Position numbers and translations under genes: made by a program. Shown in pieces: positions 61,585-64,000 of a stretch of DNA of 64,000 nt; position 1 is the stretch's first letter, and each line of letters begins with the position of its first letter. Source of the DNA: Dehalococcoidia bacterium (GTDB lineage: Bacteria; Chloroflexota; Dehalococcoidia; UBA2979); assembly GCA_963667465.2 (NCBI GenBank), contig CAXXDN010000001.1, positions 736,001-800,000 of the forward strand. Direction: 5' to 3'. The notes below the pieces were generated by a model. It was not told where the DNA came from. It did not search any database and worked only from the letters and a program-made list of their open reading frames with translations.

Positions 61585-62973
61585 ATGGGCCTCGCCGTCG
61601 ATGCTGTCCTTGTTGAGGCGCTTGTTGAGGTGCAGCCCTTCGAGCACGAACTCGATCGCCGCGGCTTGCTCCGCGGCCGACTCGCCCGTGGCCACGGCGG
61701 CGACGGCCTCCGCGAGCCCGTCCACGCTGCCGAGCATCGACAGGTAGCCCTCCGAGGGCATCCCCTCCCCGACCTCGGCCGTGACGCCGGTCTTGAACGA
61801 CTCGATCAACGGCTCCATGTCGCTGATGCTGCAATGGCGGTTGAACACGGCCACGACCGCACCCTGGATCAGCCGCTCGATGATCTGGTCCTCGCGGCCT
61901 TCCTCGACGGTTTCGAGTTCGACCTTGCCTTCGAGCGAGGCGCGGATGAACCCGAGGTCGGAGATGCGCGGCGCGACCTCCGGCTCGCCGAGGCGCACGG
62001 CGCGCCGCAGCGCGTTGGCGACGAGCGATTCGTAGTTGGAGATCGAGGCGCGCACGGAAACCCCGGAGCGCTGGTTCACGTCCGGCGAGCGGCGCGCGAG
62101 GCGGGTGACCTCGGCGATGATCTCCTCCATGTAGCGCGGGATCCGCAGCTCGCGCCCGGCCGAGGCGATCTCGACACGCTCCTGGGCGACGATCTCCAGT
62201 TCCTCGTCGATGTCGCGCGGGTAGTGAGTGCGGATATGCGAGCCGTAGCGGTCCTTGAGCGGGGTGATGATGCGGCCGCGGTTGGTGTAGTCCTCCGGGT
62301 TGGCCGTCGCCACGATGAAGACGTCGAGGTCCAGGCGCACCTTGTGGCCGCGGATCTGGATGTCGCGCTCCTCCATCACGTTGAGCAGGCCGACCTGGAT
62401 GCGTTCGGCCAGGTCCGGCAGCTCGTTGATCGCGAAGATGCCGCGGTTGGTGCGCGGGATCAGGCCGTAGTGGATGGTCAGTTGGTCGCTCAGGTAGCGG
62501 CCCTCGGCGACCTTGATCGGGTCCACCTCGCCGATCAGGTCGGCGATGGTGATGTCGGGCGTGGCGAGCTTCTCGCCGTAGCGCTCGTCGCGGTGCATCC
62601 AGTGGATCGGCGCGTCGTCACCGTGCTCCCCGATGATCTGGCGGCCCTGCTCGCTGATCGGGCCGAACGGGTTCTCCGGGATCTCGGCGCCGGCGAGCGT
62701 GGGGATCCACTCGTCGAGCAGCCCGGTGAGGCTGCGGATCAGGCGGGACTTCGCCTGGCCGCGCTCGCCGAGCAGGATCACGTCGTGGCCGGAGAGGAGC
62801 GCATTCTGCAGCTGCGGGATGACGGTCTGGTCGTAGCCCTGGATCTCGGGGAAGAGGTCGTCGCCGCTCTCGATCGCCGCGATCAGGTTCTCGCGCAGCT
62901 CCTCGCGGACGCTGCGCACCTGGTAGCCGGAGCGGCGCAGGGCGCCGAGGGTCGTCGCTCGCTCGCTCGCCAC
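61573..62973 (-). CDS. Mg-chelatase-like AAA+ ATPase (Rv0958-like)
   Basis: GERGQAKS, EKLATPD, NELPDLAERIQV, ANPEDYTNRGRIITPLKDR. Confidence 0.9.
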   Translation of the reverse strand: MASERATTLGALRRSGYQVRSVREELRENLIAAIESGDDLFPEIQGYDQTVIPQLQNALLSGHDVILLGERGQAKSRLIRSLTGLLDEWIPTLAGAEIPENPFGPISEQGRQIIGEHGDDAPIHWMHRDERYGEKLATPDITIADLIGEVDPIKVAEGRYLSDQLTIHYGLIPRTNRGIFAINELPDLAERIQVGLLNVMEERDIQIRGHKVRLDLDVFIVATANPEDYTNRGRIITPLKDRYGSHIRTHYPRDIDEELEIVAQERVEIASAGRELRIPRYMEEIIAEVTRLARRSPDVNQRSGVSVRASISNYESLVANALRRAVRLGEPEVAPRISDLGFIRASLEGKVELETVEEGREDQIIERLIQGAVVAVFNRHCSISDMEPLIESFKTGVTAEVGEGMPSEGYLSMLGSVDGLAEAVAAVATGESAAEQAAAIEFVLEGLHLNKRLNKDSIDGEAHYRG

Positions 62974-63185
62974 ATGGTCCTCCTTGCCGATGCCCGCCCC
63001 CGCGGGCGTGCGTGACCGAGTCCGACGCGAGGCTGCCGGGCAGGGCCGCACCGTGCAGTGCGGCGGGTGTCTCGCCGCTCCGGCCGGGAGCGCCGTTTCC
63101 CGCCTCGTACGGCGCTCAGTATACGTGCAGTGTCATACACGGCGGCGAGCCGGTCCGGCCGCGTCCCTCGGGCTCGGTGGGCACA

Positions 63186-63213
63186 GCAAAAGCGGGCCGG
63201 CATGCGGCCCGCT
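63186..63213 (-). terminator. Intrinsic terminator after the XRE gene
   Basis: Minus strand AGCGGGCCG-CATGC-CGGCCCGCT followed by TTT. Confidence 0.65.
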
Positions 63214-63233
63214 GTCACGGGGTGCGCGGAGCG

Positions 63234-63584
63234 TCAGGAGGCGGCGCTGTGGCCGTTCGTCTCGCCGTAGCCGTTCGCGACGCTCTCGATCAGATCCGGC
63301 GACTCGACCAGCGCCTCCACGGCGCGCCCAAGCCGCGAGTCGCGGACGACGATCACATCGGTGGTCGCGACGATGTCGCTGAACGGCACGTCCAGCTCGG
63401 CGGCGATGTTCAGGGCAGTGGAGAGCGGAACCTCGCGCTTGCCCGTCTCATAGTTCGAAAGTGATGCCTGGGTGATGCCGGCGCCCCGGGAGACGTCGGT
63501 CTGGGAACGGCCGGCCTTGTGACGGAGGGTCCGCAGCTGCTGGCCGAGCTTTGCCCGGTGTTCCAGGCTCCCTGACTTTCGCAT
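63234..63584 (-). CDS. XRE-family transcriptional regulator
   Basis: LGQQLRTLR...SQTDVS..AGITQASLSNYETGKRE. Confidence 0.88.
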   Translation of the reverse strand: MRKSGSLEHRAKLGQQLRTLRHKAGRSQTDVSRGAGITQASLSNYETGKREVPLSTALNIAAELDVPFSDIVATTDVIVVRDSRLGRAVEALVESPDLIESVANGYGETNGHSAAS

Positions 63585-63735
63585 TTCGGGTCCCGCTCCT
63601 CCCCTTGCCGCCACGCTGTGGAAGTCCGTCGACTCCCGCGAATTCGGCGATTGTTCAATCTTGCACAATAGAGATTATCGAGCCCGGCCCCTTGGAGCAA
63701 CGGGCCCGGCGGCGCACCCGTGCGAACAGCCAGAA

Positions 63736-64000
63736 TCAGCCGCCGGAGCCGAGCAACCCCTCCGCTCGGAGCTCTGAGATCGCGACGTCGAAGGCGGCCA
63801 GCGTGTCCTCGATCTCGGCCTCGCCGTGCGTCGCCGAGACCATGCCGCCGGTGCCCATCAGGTCCACGCCGTGGTTGAGCAGCGCCTGCCGCAGCGGGAT
63901 TGCCAGCGCCGCGTCCACGCCTCGAGCCTCCTCGGCGGCGTCCCACTCCACGTCGGAGGGCCGCGGCGCGTCGTAGCCGAGGTTGAGATGCCACATCGAG
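63736..64000 (-). CDS. C-terminus of a class III aminotransferase (GSA aminomutase-like), truncated by window edge
   Basis: ALLNHGV...GMVSATH.EAEIEDTLAAF. Confidence 0.6.
   Translation of the reverse strand, partial: SMWHLNLGYDAPRPSDVEWDAAEEARGVDAALAIPLRQALLNHGVDLMGTGGMVSATHGEAEIEDTLAAFDVAISELRAEGLLGSGG

Overview
High-GC (roughly 70%+ by eye) bacterial chromosomal window. The gene content suggests Chloroflexota, probably Dehalococcoidia-related; this is an inference from the small SWIM protein, LLM/SnoaL/DinB/CaiB paralogs and overall style. Most of it is housekeeping and metabolic: groESL with a CIRCE operator, scpB, thpR, rdgB, moaAC, a DEAD-box helicase, HU, purU, menG, recF, and an AAA/VWA pair. 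The most notable elements are: (1) an intact IS110 element inserted in a REP-like palindrome, with donor- and target-guide segments of its bridge RNA readable directly in the upstream non-coding end; (2) a family of mosaic REP/BIME-like intergenic repeats; (3) a second, internally deleted IS110 relic that keeps its non-coding tail; (4) an archaeal-style nurA-herA-sbcD-sbcC operon; (5) a ~226-nt candidate structured RNA after DUF503; (6) a DUF1538-DUF1538-PII-CBS transporter module; (7) an MNT-HEPN pair with a frameshifted antitoxin. There are also several tandem-repeat expansions and pseudogenes that the ORF track misses. No rRNA, tRNA or CRISPR array was seen. All family calls come from motif recognition, not database searches.
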